This document shows, one piece after another, positions 1-13,780 of a stretch of 64,000 nt of DNA (position 1 is its first letter; each line of letters opens with the position of its first letter). A program made the position numbers and the translations under genes. The notes beneath the pieces are model-generated. The model was not told the DNA's origin. It made no database searches and was given only the letters and a program-made list of their open reading frames with translations. Source of the DNA: Octopus sinensis (lineage: Eukaryota); the NCBI RefSeq assembly GCF_006345805.1, contig NC_042998.1, forward strand, positions 46,562,001-46,626,000, written 5' to 3'.

Positions 1-478
1 TGAGATTTTATGATGAATGCACGCACACTTGCGAACGTAAATACAGCCAACATATACATATACGGTCATATATATATTCAAATCTGCAAACACACACACA
101 CGTACACACACACATACACACACACGCACACACATATTTTAAAATATGCATTTAAATAAATGGCATCACACGGCAGCTGCTGTTGACAGTGAAGTTTTCA
201 GCCAAGTGTGAGAACAAACTGAATGTCCCAGGTGCAGTTTCACTTCATTTGGGCGGTAGTATACTTGCGCATTTTGATACTGCGAGTATTATTTCAACTG
301 ACAAACGATCTGCCACTTTCTCCGACTAACTTGTAAATCTTACTAATTTATAATTTCACCTTTGAGTTTGTTGGATTTGTTATCCAACTCAGTATGACAG
401 AGAATACTTGGTACTAGATTGTTCCAGCTTTATTATCATGTATTTTTAGGAATTCTAAAGGCTATATTTGTCCCTTTC

Positions 479-700
479 AAAGGCGGCACGTTAGCACGCC
501 GGGCGAAATGCGTAGCCGTATTTCGTCTGCCGTTACGTTCTGAGTTCAAATTCCGCCGAGGTCGACTTTGCCTTTCATCCTTTCGGGGTCGATAAATTAA
601 GTACCAGTTTCGCACTGGGGTCGATCTAATCGACTTAATCCGTTTGTCTGTCCTTGTTTGTCCCCTCTGTGTGTAGCCCCTTGTGGATAGTAAAGAAATA
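479..700 (+). mobile_element. tRNA-derived SINE family A (young subfamily, tail ...GTAGTAAAGAAATA), small deletion in head
   Basis: B-box-like GAGTTCAAATTCC and body TTTCATCCTTTCGGGGTCGATAAA shared with more than 10 other copies in the window; 16-bp TSD TATATTTGTCCCTTTC at 463-478 and 701-716. Confidence 0.9.
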
Positions 701-1197
701 TATATTTGTCCCTTTCCGTAATGCACTGATTTGAGCGAGATTTGTCACTATATCTATCAGTTGAATTAGATATCGAAAATAAAATATATCGTTCCACAAC
801 AATCACCAAGAGGAAAATTAAGTGTATCAAAACAATATCCATTGTTGTAATAAATGAAACGAACTAAAGTTGAATTAAGAAGTATAAGAAATTTCAGAGA
901 ACAATTGAAAATGTTGTGAACCAGCTACATTCGGAATTTAAAACGGGAAATGAAGTACTATGAATGAAATCTGATCAAATCTTGTGGGGGCGTATAAAAT
1001 TTGATAATGTCGCTGCACGCGTGCGTGTGCATACGCGTGAATGTGTGCGCACGTGCTTGTGTGAAATAAGCGTACTTTTATGCCTGTCATCTAGGGTTAA
1101 GTATTTTAAATTTTCAGTATGGCAATAATCAACTGGATTGTTATTAAGCGCATATTTAATTAGGAGTTTCACCCAATATGATTAGATTCTTATTTAG

Positions 1198-1232
1198 AAC
1201 TGTGGATATTGAAGAGGGATGTGAGCAACTTG
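1198..1232 (+). CDS. Weak candidate micro-exon (xTVDIEEGCEQLx), product unknown
   Basis: Acceptor ttcttatttag, donor G|gtaaga, one open frame, non-repetitive context. No homology recognised. Confidence 0.2.
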
Positions 1233-1510
1233 GTAAGATGAAATCCTTTGCTGTTCCGCACCAAGAACCAAAAATCAAACACTAAATTATCTTCTTTGCT
1301 TACACCTAGAGCGGCTCTTACAGAGCAGTCCTATGATAAAATGCTTTTCATCTATGACTTGTATTTTGTTAGTAAACATAATGTAGCCTACTACAATATA
1401 TTATTCAATATATTCTGCCACAAAATTCTAACGTGCGACACAGCTATAATCTTTAATACGTAAAGAAATTTTTGTTTTTTCACCGAAACTTTCAATGCCA
1501 ACAGATTACT

Positions 1511-2033
1511 TACCGTAAATCCTCGAGTATTATCCGCATTTCCCCCCCCCAAAAAAAATTTAAAGGTCAAAATCCCTAGCGCGTACTATATACGAGGTTA
1601 AAAGTGAAAATTACTTTCTAAGCAATGTCCGAGTCTCTATTTGCTGTCTGGCTATGTTTATTCAGACGCATTTTGTGAGGTCGGGCGCGAAAATACCTTA
1701 AGCTAAGCATGAAAGCAATGAAGTCATAAAAGAATCGTCCATAACTTGCAGCAAGCAACATTTATTAAACGTTATTGCTGTTATTTCTTTATTTTCTGCA
1801 AACAAAATGCACAAAAAAAGCTACACGTTTGCATTATGTTATATATACAATAATAACAAAGAACGCTACCATATACATTTTCACAAACCAAGGACGTTAT
1901 AAAGACTTCCTTGACTCAAGTTAGAGATGGGGTGCGTATTATACACAAGATTTAGGTTTTTCAGAAGTACAGCCCCCTAAAAATCCCCTGCGTATTATAC
2001 TCAAGGGCGGACTATACTCGAGGATTTACGGTA
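1511..2033. mobile_element. Tc1/mariner-superfamily MITE (Tc2/pogo-like ends)
   Basis: Perfect 20-bp inverted ends TACCGTAAATCCTCGAGTAT (1511-1530) / ATACTCGAGGATTTACGGTA (2014-2033), including a TA dinucleotide on each side; no coding capacity. Confidence 0.85.
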
Positions 2034-2689
2034 TACGTGATATGCGAGACTGTCTCTCGTAGATACAGTTCTATAGAAACTGTACTGGTGGTTACTGAGA
2101 AAAGAAAGAGAAGCACGTTAATAAATGTGATAATCTTATATATATTCATATCCTTTATATATCTTAATTTTTGCTGAAAACAAACTATCGACCTTTCAGT
2201 TAAGTAACTTATTTCTGTTTAATTTGTTTGATTTTCTATTTATTTCTTCTTTTAAAGATAATTTTGTTTGCTTTAGTGATTCAGAGAGTGACTTACCTCA
2301 GAATCTATTGTATGGCTTCTTTACGATAATCAGCTATTCTTATACTCATAATTTCTAGTTTCATAAATGCTTAAAGCAGTTGTTATTCAACCATACAATT
2401 CAAACTTAATGTGTTATTGTTATACATTTATAACCATTACTTTCTTTCCAAGGAAATATAGTCAATAAAAATATCACTTTATTCTAATGTTTTACATCGA
2501 GGACAACAATTTTTCAGTTTTCACATCAATCTCAAGTAAACATGTTATTTCTTTGCTTAGAAAATCATATATGGGAACTAAAAGAAGTCTTACAAATACA
2601 TTTCAAGCTACATATTCATTGTAAACAAAAAACAAAACAAACCAATGGAAACGTTTCATTTTCCTCCTTCTTCCGTTTCAGTAATGTAT

Positions 2690-2870
2690 TTTAAACACAT
2701 TCTTTATTGGCTAGGTTAGCAAATATCATTCTTTCATCTTGACCTAAGTATTTGTAACTCTCACGTAGTTACATTGAGTTTTATATCTTGCCTTTTTACT
2801 TTCATGTGATACAATATTTTCCTTTTGATACATGCACACTTGCTGTAATAATACCATACATTTGACTACT
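2690..2870 (-). pseudogene. Decayed non-LTR RT fragment, R4/Dong-like
   Basis: Minus-strand frames give KCACIKRK and, after a frameshift, ESYKYLGQDE...NKECV, resembling the late RT motifs of R4/Dong LINEs. Confidence 0.45.
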
Positions 2871-3345
2871 AAAACATGCTTAGAAAGCTGTTATAGAATC
2901 CCTGCATTATTCTGACATCATTTTAGGCTGAGCTATTTTTTCGAGTATTCGTCTTTCGAGCTCTGCTCATATAAATATTATTACCTCTAGTCGACCGCTG
3001 CAGTTTACTCGGGATACGTTTATCTTAGGATTTGTAACGTTAAACGAATGTTTTCTCCTTCTATTGGTGGGAGGTCAGTCAGAATATCTGGAGTAACTTC
3101 ACGTAGAGATAGAATTGAATCCAGTGAAGCTGCACGGGATAGTACCTAGGTTGCTGGGCTCACAATCATTAGATCGCAGGTTCAATTCTATAACCAGGCG
3201 GTTCATTGTGTTCTTGAACACATTTTATCATTTCACATTGCTTAAGTACAATCAGAGTAAGAATGAGCACCAGTAGCATCTGCAGATGCCACCAATACTT
3301 TCAGTTTAAGTACCTATAAAATCCAGATAAGCTCAGCATCATGAG

Positions 3346-3729
3346 CAGCGCTGGATTAACCATTAAGCAAAATAAGCACGTGTTTAGAGCATCATAGGAA
3401 GGAGGGGGCACCACAGAAGTGTGAAATGGTTTACGGCACAAAAGAAAAACTTGCTAAAATAATATTCGGGATGTGTTACCTAAGATTAATTTTGAGGATC
3501 TGATCAAAGACTTTGCAGTTCGAAAAAAAGTACGAAGAAAATTTTTAAATATAAATGAAGTGGAAGTATACAAAAATAAATATTATTTTCCCGCTTACTA
3601 TTTTGTTTCGTTTGAAAAAGAAAAATATATTTTATGGTTTATTGTCTATATTTTGAATTATTTAATCTTTTATAGGGGGACCAAAATCTTAACTGCTTAG
3701 GGCCTCGGTGGGGTCTTAATCCGGCCCTG
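3346..3729 (+). mobile_element. Non-autonomous hAT element retaining the transposase C-terminal tip
   Basis: Ends CAGCGCTGGATTA / TAATCCGGCCCTG (11/13 inverted match); 8-bp flanks ATCATGAG / ACCACGAG (6/8); ORF 3473-3700 begins MLPKINFEDLIKDFAVRKKVRR, like the end of a hAT dimerisation domain. Confidence 0.75.
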
Positions 3730-4918
3730 ACCACGAGCTCGATGTAGATTCAAGAAAGAAATTACACAATAGAGACATTATAGTTGGCTAACCATTTATT
3801 CCTATTGAGATACTGTTATACTTATTGTCACACGTCATAATAAACACTTTCATTTATTCTTCTATCCCATAACTGCGTTCATATTTCCATCTCAACTCTA
3901 ATTAAGCAAAATGCATGAAGGTCACATAAATATTGTTATCCAGTTATAGCTAAAATGCAATAGATATGAAGTGTGATTCATGCACCGCAGACGAGGAAAA
4001 AAATCAAACAAAAAAAGGCTGACAGAACAACAGTTAAGTAATTAACTAATTCTTCTTGCGAAGTTTTGATTTTCTAAGTAGAACGATAACAATAACAACG
4101 ACGTGAGGAAGAAATAAAGGAAGGCCTCCACACAAAATAAAAGAAATAATACAGAAACAAAAGATAAAAAAAAAGAAAAAAAATTATATAAAGCAAAGCG
4201 GTTAACAAAAACATTAACATGACAAAGCAAATGGGATAATGAAAAGAAAAATAAACAAAGAAAATCTATGGAGGATACAAATGCATAACAAAATAAGCGT
4301 TAAAACATAAAATGAAGGAACGAATAAAATTATGTGATAAATCAGTTTATTTCAACCGACCCACTGGAGCAATATAATGCGTTTCTCTTAACAATGTAAG
4401 AGAAGTTATTGTCCAGAGTAGTGTTTCTAAGAGTGAAGACTCAGTACTGGATATAGAGGAAATTAGAGATAGACAACGAAAAACATGTTCCTGTTTACCT
4501 GTAGTTACGTGTTAATGTGTTTGTATGTGTTTATCAGTGTATCTGTATATGTGTGTATGTGTGTATATGTGTGTGTGTACGTGTATGTATTTATGTTTAA
4601 GTCACCGGCTGTGTTTGCCTATTGCCTTTATTAGTACTTCCGGAATATAAATCTTATTTGTTTGGTGCTAGCTTGCTATAAATCTATACAGTTAACCCTC
4701 AAGTACTCTGACACCGTATACCATTCATCCATTGGTTGAATGGTTTTCATAACTTGTTTCATGCGTTTAATGAAGGAGACAAAACATCAAAAGAAAGCAA
4801 GCTAAGAATTACCAGAAACATGTATAAAAGCAGAGAACTAGATAAGAAAAACCTTTTATAAGAATATCGTCAAAAGAGATTATTTCGGAACTTAATGAGC
4901 AACGCTAAGAAAATATTA

Positions 4919-4935
4919 ACTACTACTACTACTAC

Positions 4936-4967
<32 letters not shown>

Positions 4968-5003
4968 CTTCTTCTTCTTCTTCTTCTTCTTCTTCTTCTT
5001 CTT
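4919..5003. repeat. (CTA)n-(CTT)n compound microsatellite
   Basis: Read directly; explains the poly-T/S and poly-E ORFs at 4870-5107. Confidence 0.95.
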
Positions 5004-5327
5004 CAGTCTCCATCTCTACACGCTTCCTCCTTCTCACTTTCATTCTATTTCTTTTCCTCTTCTCCACTCAACTCCTTGTTTTCCCCTTTCTTGAAATATC
5101 AACCTAATCAACTTATATATGACTAAAAAAAGAAACACACACACACACAAACAAAGCAACACACAAAAAAAGAAAATTGGATAAAATGATATAAAGAAAA
5201 ACAGGTGGGATTGACACGGCTGAGACGTCGTTTGACTATAGGTCTACACAATTTGTGCTGATATGGGTTTAAAAGACAACATCCATAAACCAGCGTATAC
5301 TGATTATAAGTACATTTAAAAAATTTT

Positions 5328-5787
5328 TTACATGTTTCAGTCATTGTACTGACGGCCATGCTGGAGCACCACCTTGAAGAGTTTTAGTGGAACAAATTGA
5401 CCCTACTATTTATTGTTTTAAAGCTTGATATTTATTCGATCGATTTTTATACTAAACCGCTAAGTTACAGGCTGATAAGCAAACTCACTCCAGTTGTAAA
5501 ACGGTGGTGGCAAACAAAGGCACACACACACGTGCATACATATATATATATATTTCTTTACTACCCACAAGGGGCTAAACATAGAGGGGACAAACAAGGA
5601 CAGACAATGGGATTAAGTCGATTACATCGACCCCAGAACGTAACTGGTACTTATTTAATTGACCCCGAAAGGATGAAAGGCAAAGTCGAACTCGGCGGAA
5701 TTTGAACCCAGAACACGTAACGGCAGACGAAATACGGCTACGCATTTCGCCCGGCGTGCTAACGATTCTGCCAGCTCGCCGCCTTAC

Positions 5788-5819
<32 letters not shown>

Positions 5820-5945
5820 ATATATATATACACACACGCATACATATATATATACAAGACACTTAACTAAGGTGGCATGCAGTAGGACTGAACCCGGAAC
5901 TATGTGACTGGGATGTAAACCTCTTACTACACAGCTTCGCCTGCG
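5328..5945 (-). mobile_element. SINE family B copy, interrupted by a family A insertion
   Basis: 3' half (rc of GCTCCAGCATGGCC...ACTGAAAC) at about 5328-5520 and tRNA-like head at about 5846-5945 match the full copies at 24753 and 40785. Confidence 0.75.
5551..5784 (-). mobile_element. SINE family A, full length
   Basis: Head GGCGGCGAGCTGGCAGAATCG (A box) through tail AAGAAATA; TSD TACATATATATATA at 5537-5550 and 5785-5798. Confidence 0.92.
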
Positions 5946-6306
5946 CTTAAAATTACCAGATACTCTGTTTTAGAGTTTAGTTTTGTAGGGAAATATGGTT
6001 CAACGTTCTATATAAGCTGTTCCCTTGTGTTCCTGAACGGCAGCACCTTAAACTTTATGCACCTTAAACTTGCATTTTTTTCTCCAAGTTTTCTTTCTCA
6101 TGAACGAAGATGTTTATTAAAAGTTTTCTTTTCATCTTTCTGCAATTTGTAAAATAAATTTCAACAGCAAATTTCAACTTGCCTTGCAAACATGTAGCCA
6201 TGGGTTCTGTTCCACTGTGTGGTCTCTTGTCGACCAAAGCCTTATGAGCGTATTTAGTAGGCCGAAACTGTAAGACGCCCGTCGTATACATACATACATA
6301 CATACA

Positions 6307-6380
<74 letters not shown>

Positions 6381-6382
6381 AT

Positions 6383-6567
6383 ACGCCATGATAGATCGTT
6401 AGCCACTACACACATTTTTTCTCTCCTTGTTTCTTCTGTGTCCCTTTCAGTAGAAGAGCGTAGGCTCGAAACGTAAAAGACTTTTTTCTATTCCCGAGCG
6501 TTATACTAATACATCTGTTTGTTTTGTACACCACCTGTCTTCGTCTTTTGTTATTTTCGTAAACTCT

Positions 6568-6570
<3 letters not shown>
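6383..6570 (+). mobile_element. Penelope-like element terminal repeat (pLTR) fragment
   Basis: Homologous to 35075-35283 and to the rc of 50920-50948; flanked by (TA)n; carries a hammerhead-like motif. Confidence 0.7.
6444..6479 (+). ncRNA. Degenerate minimal type I hammerhead motif (core CAGUAGA)
   Basis: CUUU-CAGUAGA-A-GAGC(GUAG)GCUC-GAA-ACGU-A-AAAG: stems I and II, GAAA, palindromic stem III and a GUA triplet are present; the core has two substitutions. Confidence 0.55.
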
Positions 6571-6609
<39 letters not shown>

Positions 6610-6692
6610 TTGTCTTTTACCAGCACTTGTTAAGTGGAGTTAACTTCTTCGATTAAACCCATCAAGACTGTACTCCAGCAAGAAATTTTAAT

Positions 6693-6732
6693 TTACATAC
6701 CCGTTTCAATCTTATAGGTTTCATCAGTGCAA
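6693..6732 (-). ncRNA. Type I hammerhead motif, canonical core
   Basis: UUGCA-CUGAUGA-AACC(UAUAA)GAUU-GAA-ACGGGU-A-UGUAA: perfect core and GUA triplet, 5-bp stem I (one GU); one mismatch each in stem II and in the stem III palindrome. Confidence 0.7.
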
Positions 6733-7049
6733 TTTTGAATTTCAAGTTTATAGGAGAGTCATATACATACTTGTGGAAATTACCATCTTGTGAGTGTTTA
6801 CTTTAGAAAATCGAGCTGTTTGTGATTTCATTTCTCTTTAAGCACAATGTAGTAAAAAAAAATAAAAAGCAGATCGGCTTAAAGGTGAATATAGCTGTGA
6901 AAAATACAAATAAATCTGTTCGAAACGTGACTGTATTGTTAGTGTTGACAGAGCAGGGAATCCACTAATCAGCCATAGGCCTTAAATTGAACCACATGTC
7001 ATCAAAATATATATGTGGTCCGAAGGCATGGTACAAAGCTTAATAAGTG

Positions 7050-7600
7050 GGAAGAGATGAAATCGAGGAAGTAAAGACGTTTGTTTGGAGCACACGGTGA
7101 ATATGCGCAAAGACATGGACACTGAAATCTCAGAAAGAATAAGGGCAGGGTGGAAAGCATGTACAGCCGTAAATGATGTGCTCAAAGCAAAACTGGATAA
7201 GTGCATACGTTCCTGTCTCTTCAATAGCACTGCTCTTATTTGCACTCTTATATGCAGGTGAGACGTGGGTTACTATGAAGAAGGAAGAACATTGGCTACG
7301 ACACAAACGGCTATGTGAAGATGCGAGATAGGAATGTCATTGCGAGAACATATCCTAGATGAGGAGATTCGAGATCGAAACTGAGTGAACGACGTGATCG
7401 TAGAATATCGAAAGCGCAAGTGCATTTGCAGAGTGGTATCCAAGAGATCGGAAAAGGCCGCTCAGAAGGCCTCCACGAAGATGGAAAGACGACTTAGCAA
7501 AACAGTTTGAGCCAAGAGATGAGAAAGAATGGAACGATCAAGGAGCGCATTGTGTCCAGCTGTGTATACAACATGTGATAGTCCGGTCGATATAGATGAT
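7050..7600 (+). pseudogene. RTE-clade LINE 3' fragment
   Basis: DEIEEVKTF...EISERIRAGWKA...LLYAGETW, the post-RT region of RTE LINEs, with frameshifts. Confidence 0.75.
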
Positions 7601-7744
7601 GCACACGAACGCACACACACGCATTAAATTTTACTGGGAAAAGTTTTACAGTGACTTCGAAGTTTCTGCTTCGGAGTCACTGTGAGATTTTTCCCTGTAG
7701 AATTTAATGTGCTCTACTAAAATGTATTGCATAATCCTTACCTG

Positions 7745-7844
7745 CCTGTCTGTCTGTCCATCTGTCAATCTGTCCGTCCGTCCGTCCATCAATCCATCTG
7801 TCTGTGTCTGTCTGTGTGTCTGTCTGTGTGTCTGTCTGTGTGTG

Positions 7845-7900
<56 letters not shown>

Positions 7901-7914
7901 CATCCATCCATCCA

Positions 7915-8010
<96 letters not shown>

Positions 8011-8035
8011 GTCTATCTATCTATCTATCTATTTG
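7745..8035. repeat. (TGTC)/(TATC)n compound microsatellite
   Basis: Read directly. Confidence 0.95.
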
Positions 8036-9676
8036 GATACATGTCTATTTTTATATATGTATCTATAGATATTGAACTATGTGCATAAGACTTTGCATTA
8101 CCTCCGATATGAAGGAAACACAATTCAGGCTGTATACCACAAACAGATGTACACCAGCTGCGGCAAATGAAATATTGGTTACAAGATGGATTGTAGCCAG
8201 TATTCCCTGTTGTCTATAGCGCAACATGCTACAGATTAATACGCACACTAAAGTCCTTTAAACATTGTCATTCGACCCTAAAAGTTTGTTTTTACATCAT
8301 ACATACTGAATGCAGCATCAGAAAAAAAAAGTATCTGGCATTTTGCTGCAAAATTGAAAAAAAATTTTTTAAAAACCCTCCAAAAACAGAAACAAGGCAG
8401 ACGGTAGAATTGCTATTAAAACCCTTACACCGTAGAACAATATCTTTGTAAAACACTCGCATCGACATTTCAAATAATGTGTTTATTTTATTAACATTCT
8501 CGGACGTATTTTGTTATTTCTTGTTTTTAAATTTCTATATTTTTCTCAGCTTACCAAAATTTGTTCCAAATCTTTCGACACAGATGCTATCGCTACGGCC
8601 ATTATTCTTTTAATGATGTAAATATGAGACTATAAGTTTCAAGCGTCTGTCTGACATTTACAGGTCAGGCAGAGGGAAAAACAGTGAAAAACTTTCGTCT
8701 TATCTCCGAGGGAGGACTTTTCCTTAAATAGTCAACATTAGCGCACGTCTCAAACTCTCTTTTTCTTTATTACTTTCGAATTCTTTTAAAGAATCTCTTT
8801 TTTGGTTTATACTTTTCTTTATTTTATCCCTGCTGTGTTTTTTCAGTCTTAAGTTTTGTGTCTGAGGTGAAATAAAGCTGAAACTTTCGCAAGTGTGGGT
8901 TTTTTTAAGGACACTAATAAAAATTAAGAAAAAAATACTGGCAAAAGAGAAAGTCATACATAACGTACTAAGAATTCTGCTCTCAAATTCTCAAATCAAA
9001 TTCAGAATATGTCAGCAGTTTGGAGAGAATTTAAATAAATAAATGAATAAATATTTCTTTTCGAAAATACAAGGAAGACGACATTTTATTTTAAAAACCT
9101 GACTGAAAATATTAGCTTTGAAAGTTTCCCTTTGCTTTCTTATATTTTTTCTTACCAAGGTTCTTAGTAGATTTAGGGCAAAAAACAAAGCTGGATATAG
9201 CTCGAAACACAAGAAAGATACCAGATCCCTCGACTCTTTATAGGAACAAAAACAAAAAAAAAAGAAAGAATACTTGGAAGAAAATAAAGCTTATAAAATA
9301 AAATAAAACAAAATGGTATTAAAATAAAATAAATAAACATAGAAATATATGTGTCGTATTCGCTGAAGAGAGACTGTTACAAAATGGTGGTAAAGTTTAT
9401 TGATATAAACATTTAGACAAGCAGGGGCAGATAACCTGTAGCAATTAAATAAAACTTTTTTTTATATATATAGAGAGACAAAAAAGACGATGAAAAGAAA
9501 CCAAATAAATCCAGAGAAAATCAAATAACAAATAAATGGTAACAGTAATACTATACAAATTAAAGAAAGCAAAACAAAATACTTGTAAACACTGAAAGAT
9601 TAAATTTACGTCAGTATGCTTTAAATTACAACAGTACATATCCATTAGTGTGAGGTCCAGTGGATCAAAGGAACTG

Positions 9677-9677
<1 letters not shown>

Positions 9678-9736
<59 letters not shown>

Positions 9737-9811
9737 TTAATATGTATGTATTGTGTGTGTGTGTGTAGGTATATGTAGAGACGGAGTGAAGTTAGACATG
9801 TGTGAGTATGT

Positions 9812-9844
<33 letters not shown>

Positions 9845-10228
9845 ATTCTGTGTGTGTATATACTCACAGAAACATACACAATTTTGTATGTATTTTCTGA
9901 TAACAAGAGGAAAAGTTGCTCCGAAGTTGTCCACTTATACACTCACACACATTCACACAAAGACTCACACACACACGAACACACACACACACACATAAAC
10001 ACAAAGTAATATGATAGAATTTAACAAAACTATGTAATACTTTGTATGCGACTAAAACGGCAATAAAATGTTGTGAGTAAATATTTTCAAAAGACTTTCT
10101 AAATTGCATTTATTTTTGTTTGCGTTTGTACTAACCTTCTTGGTGCGTATATATATATATATATATATATATGTATTTAATATGTATGTATTGTGTGTGT
10201 GTGATTTCAATGTATGTATGTGCCTATA

Positions 10229-10281
<53 letters not shown>

Positions 10282-10580
10282 TATATATATATATATGCAT
10301 ACATACATATATATATATATACATACATACATATATATACATAAATGTATATATATATATATATATACACATATAAATGTATATATATGTATATGTATAT
10401 ATATGTATATATGTACGTATAAACATACATATATGGTTTTTACCCACATACGTATATATTTCTGATAGTATCGGGTGTGTATGTATGTATATTTATGTAT
10501 GTATGTATGTGTGCATGTTTGTGTGTATGTATGTATGTATGTATGTATGTTTGTATGCATGTATGTATGTACGTATGCAA
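9678..10580. repeat. (TA)n/(TG)n/(CA)n/(TATG)n microsatellite field
   Basis: Read directly; source of the many YI/MYV ORFs. Confidence 0.9.
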
Positions 10581-11234
10581 CCGTGTGAGTGTTCTTGACT
10601 TCCTCTTTGTACGTTGGCAGAATTCAGATATTTGTTTATTGTATGTATTACGTGACGTACAACTGTACATAGTTAGTTGTAGCTCAGTGTCAAAGGCATT
10701 TATTAAAAGTTAGACTATCGTTGTTCATATGTTTGCTGTTATGGATGATTGAGATTATGGAAGTGATGATGATGATGATAATGATGTAACGGTGATTATG
10801 ATCAAGACGATGAGGATCAAGACGCCATGAGGACGGTGGTGATAATGATAGTGGTGGTGGGAGGGATGATTCTATTTTTGGTGATGTTGATAATGATACC
10901 GATATTAATGATAAGAATAGCAAAGATATATTGGTGGTTTATTGATGATCATGATGTATTTTTCGTTCTTTGATTGTGCTTGTTGTTATTAAGTGTTAAG
11001 TATGTGCGCATTATCCTGAAAAAACTCCTTCACTTCTTTCCTTGCTTTTTTATGGCAGATATTTTGGTGGCGTGGTGGTGGTCGTAATGGTCGTCATCGT
11101 AGTTAAATCTATGTCAACTCTGATCAAGAAACTGTGTTACCAAGGCGTTTTATATGTGACCATTCGAATATTAAAAAACATTTTGGCTATGACATTAATA
11201 GTGATTATCTTAAAGTGCTATTCCCCACTAGCCC

Positions 11235-11720
11235 AGGCTGACAGGTTCAAGTACATAGGCTACATTGTTGACTGAAAAGCAAACTGGAGTCAAGAAATTA
11301 GAGCAAGACTTGGAGCAGGAATATCAGCGTTGAGGTCATTCAGTACAATGTGGAGAGACTGCGATCTAACCAATAGCACTGGTTTGGCCAGTAGTGTTGT
11401 ACGAGTATGAAGTAAGGGTCCTAAGAATGGCTGATACCAAGCAATTGAAGGCTTTCGAGGTAACGTAGTATATACATGTGCTATGGATCAGTTGGGTTGT
11501 CTGTAGAACAAACGATTTTATCCTGAAGAAGATTGAAGAACGAACGAACGTTTTGACTGTGAACAGGCAGGAGAAACTGCAATAGGTTCGTCAGCTACGC
11601 AGAACATCTGTGTCCGCTCTCTCGGAGCTAAATGGATGACAAACAGGCTGGTGGGCGACAAAGATGAAGGTGGAGCGATAGTGTCAAGGACTAGATGTGG
11701 AGGACTCTAGCGGAGTGTAC
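11235..11720 (+). pseudogene. RTE-clade LINE 3' fragment (second)
   Basis: DRFKYIGYIV...EIRARLG...VVLYEYE...LKAFE...LWISW...TNDFILKKI, with stops. Confidence 0.7.
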
Positions 11721-12449
11721 GACTGCAGCACAAGACTACAGCGCGTGGTGTGTAATGGTAATAATGACAGTGGGTTCAAGTCACCAGCCCATGTGAATGG
11801 GAATATTCTATTTATTAAAGGAAAAAGTAATTTCAGCATACCTGCTTCCGGTAAAATGATGGCCAATAAAGGTATTCAATTCCGTTCATTCTTACCAACT
11901 CATTTACTAACCCGTTTTCCGGTATACGTGAAAACGCTATAGAATGAGATCTGTTTCAATTCAATCATCCTAGATACATATATATTACATGTATATGTAT
12001 CTATATATAAATATATGTACACACACACACGCACACAAACATGTATGTATGTATGTATGTATGTATGTATGTATGTATGTATGTATGTATGTATGTATGT
12101 ATGTATGTATGGGTGTGTGTGTGTATGTATGTATGTAGTATGTATGTATGTATGTATGTATGCGTGTATGTATGTATGTAAGTATGTATGTATGTATGTA
12201 TGTATGTATGTATGTATGTATGTATGTATGTATAAGTGCGTGTTTGTATTGTGTATGTCTGTATATATTCATAGATACCCTAGTGGGAGTTAGAGTGCTA
12301 TGAAATCTATATCAACATAATTCCAGACATAACAAGAATAACAAAGATAATCTATAATTACGTCAAGTGTGTTCCCTAACGTCACCACAACAACCACTGC
12401 CACCACCATCACCACCACCACCACCACCACTACCACCACCACCACCACC

Positions 12450-13780
12450 ACCACCACCACCGCTTCCACATCCTTTGTTCCCGTTTTGGCCCTAACGCAT
12501 CATTGCTACCCGACTGGCAGAATTTGGGATACACCTGTTCTGTTGTCATTTGCAATAGACTTTTGGCATATATGCGTAAAGCAAATTGACCAGATCATCC
12601 AATGCAGGTGATTTGTGCTTTGCACAACTCATCATCCCATCCCGTAACTCAGATGTTAGTATCGGCTTTTCGCAGCGAAAGCCCAGGAAGAGAGTAAAGT
12701 CAACAACTGTCTCCGTCTCAACACCAAACACAATTGAGCAAACGTTTCTGAAAAACCGACTACATCTAATTGGAATTGCATAGATAGTGCCAAATTGTAG
12801 ACCGAATTGTGGCATTGCCGTTACATTGCACCTCTGCTACCCGGGCCCATCGTACAGCATTCTTCCCCCCCAAGCCTTAGCTTTGATAACGCTGCCGTCT
12901 TGTTTCAAGTTAAAGAAATATACGAGAGCTATTCTCACAGCTAGCACGTTGGTCCAGACATCTTTCCTAATCACCTCTTAATCATTAATTCCAACTTGAA
13001 TCTATTTTTCTCAATGATTATTTCTTTACTAAAACTTATTGATCGACCCTTTCAGAGTGCCTCACCATCAGTTCTTGACGATTACCTCTGTCAACTGCTG
13101 CTTAACTGAAATGCTAATCTAGTCTTTGTGGGTTTATACACCAGGAACCCCACGTTCAGCTTCCAGAAGCTGGTCTATGATTTCAATCTAGGTTGACCAC
13201 ACAGGTAACAAACTGGAGGAATACTATATTATTCCCGTTCATTGACCGAATAAATACCTTATCCAAATACGATTTTTGCGACCTCATACAATCACTCCAT
13301 GTAACATTGGAACATTCAGATAATCCAGTCGGTACTTATCGGGCAGATAGAAACGTCTGAGCAGGTTTGCGAGGCTGTTGTTGCATTCCTCTCTCTCATT
13401 TCGGGTAGACCCTTTCCAGCTCGTAGTTCATATTAGATACTGTTGCAGTTGCCTACTAGTTCTTAACGAGATGTTCACAGGAACATTTCCAGAGCCCTAA
13501 AGAAATTTGACCGAACTATCCCTATCATGGCATAGGCGTCCACAAGTCTGAGGACACTGCTTTGACTGTTTTATACAACCTAGACCACCGATTTACCATC
13601 AAGTCCTGCCAAAGGTCAAAGATAGGGGCCAGAGAGCGCATGTCAAAATTCCTGGTCTTATTGGCTGCTACCACAGCTATATCTAGTGACTCGAGGTGAT
13701 TCAGTAAGTAACACTCTTTCCAAAGTGACTCCAAGCTGCCTACTTTTATATATTCTACTCTGAGTGAGATCATGTTTGTC
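12450..13780 (-). pseudogene. Tx1/L1-like LINE ORF2 relic (APE endonuclease plus RT start)
   Basis: In order on the minus strand: LLNHLESLDIAVVAANKTR (EN start), DKYRLDY, SYLDKVF (about 13260), WKLNV (about 13155), CEKPI...KSPALDD (about 12600; RT domain 0). Confidence 0.7.

Noticed and set aside
2297-2400. Perfect minus-strand donor AG|GTAAGT at 2297
   Set aside because: No pyrimidine-rich acceptor, stops in all frames, and it lies next to LINE debris.
8620-8670. GAAAC-UUAUA-GUC half-motif on the minus strand
   Set aside because: The core and the 5' strands of stems I and II are absent.
11829-11925. Minus-strand open segment FSRIPENGLVNELVRMNGIEYLYWPSFYRKQ with a gtatgc donor
   Set aside because: Weak acceptor and no recognisable homology; insufficient support.
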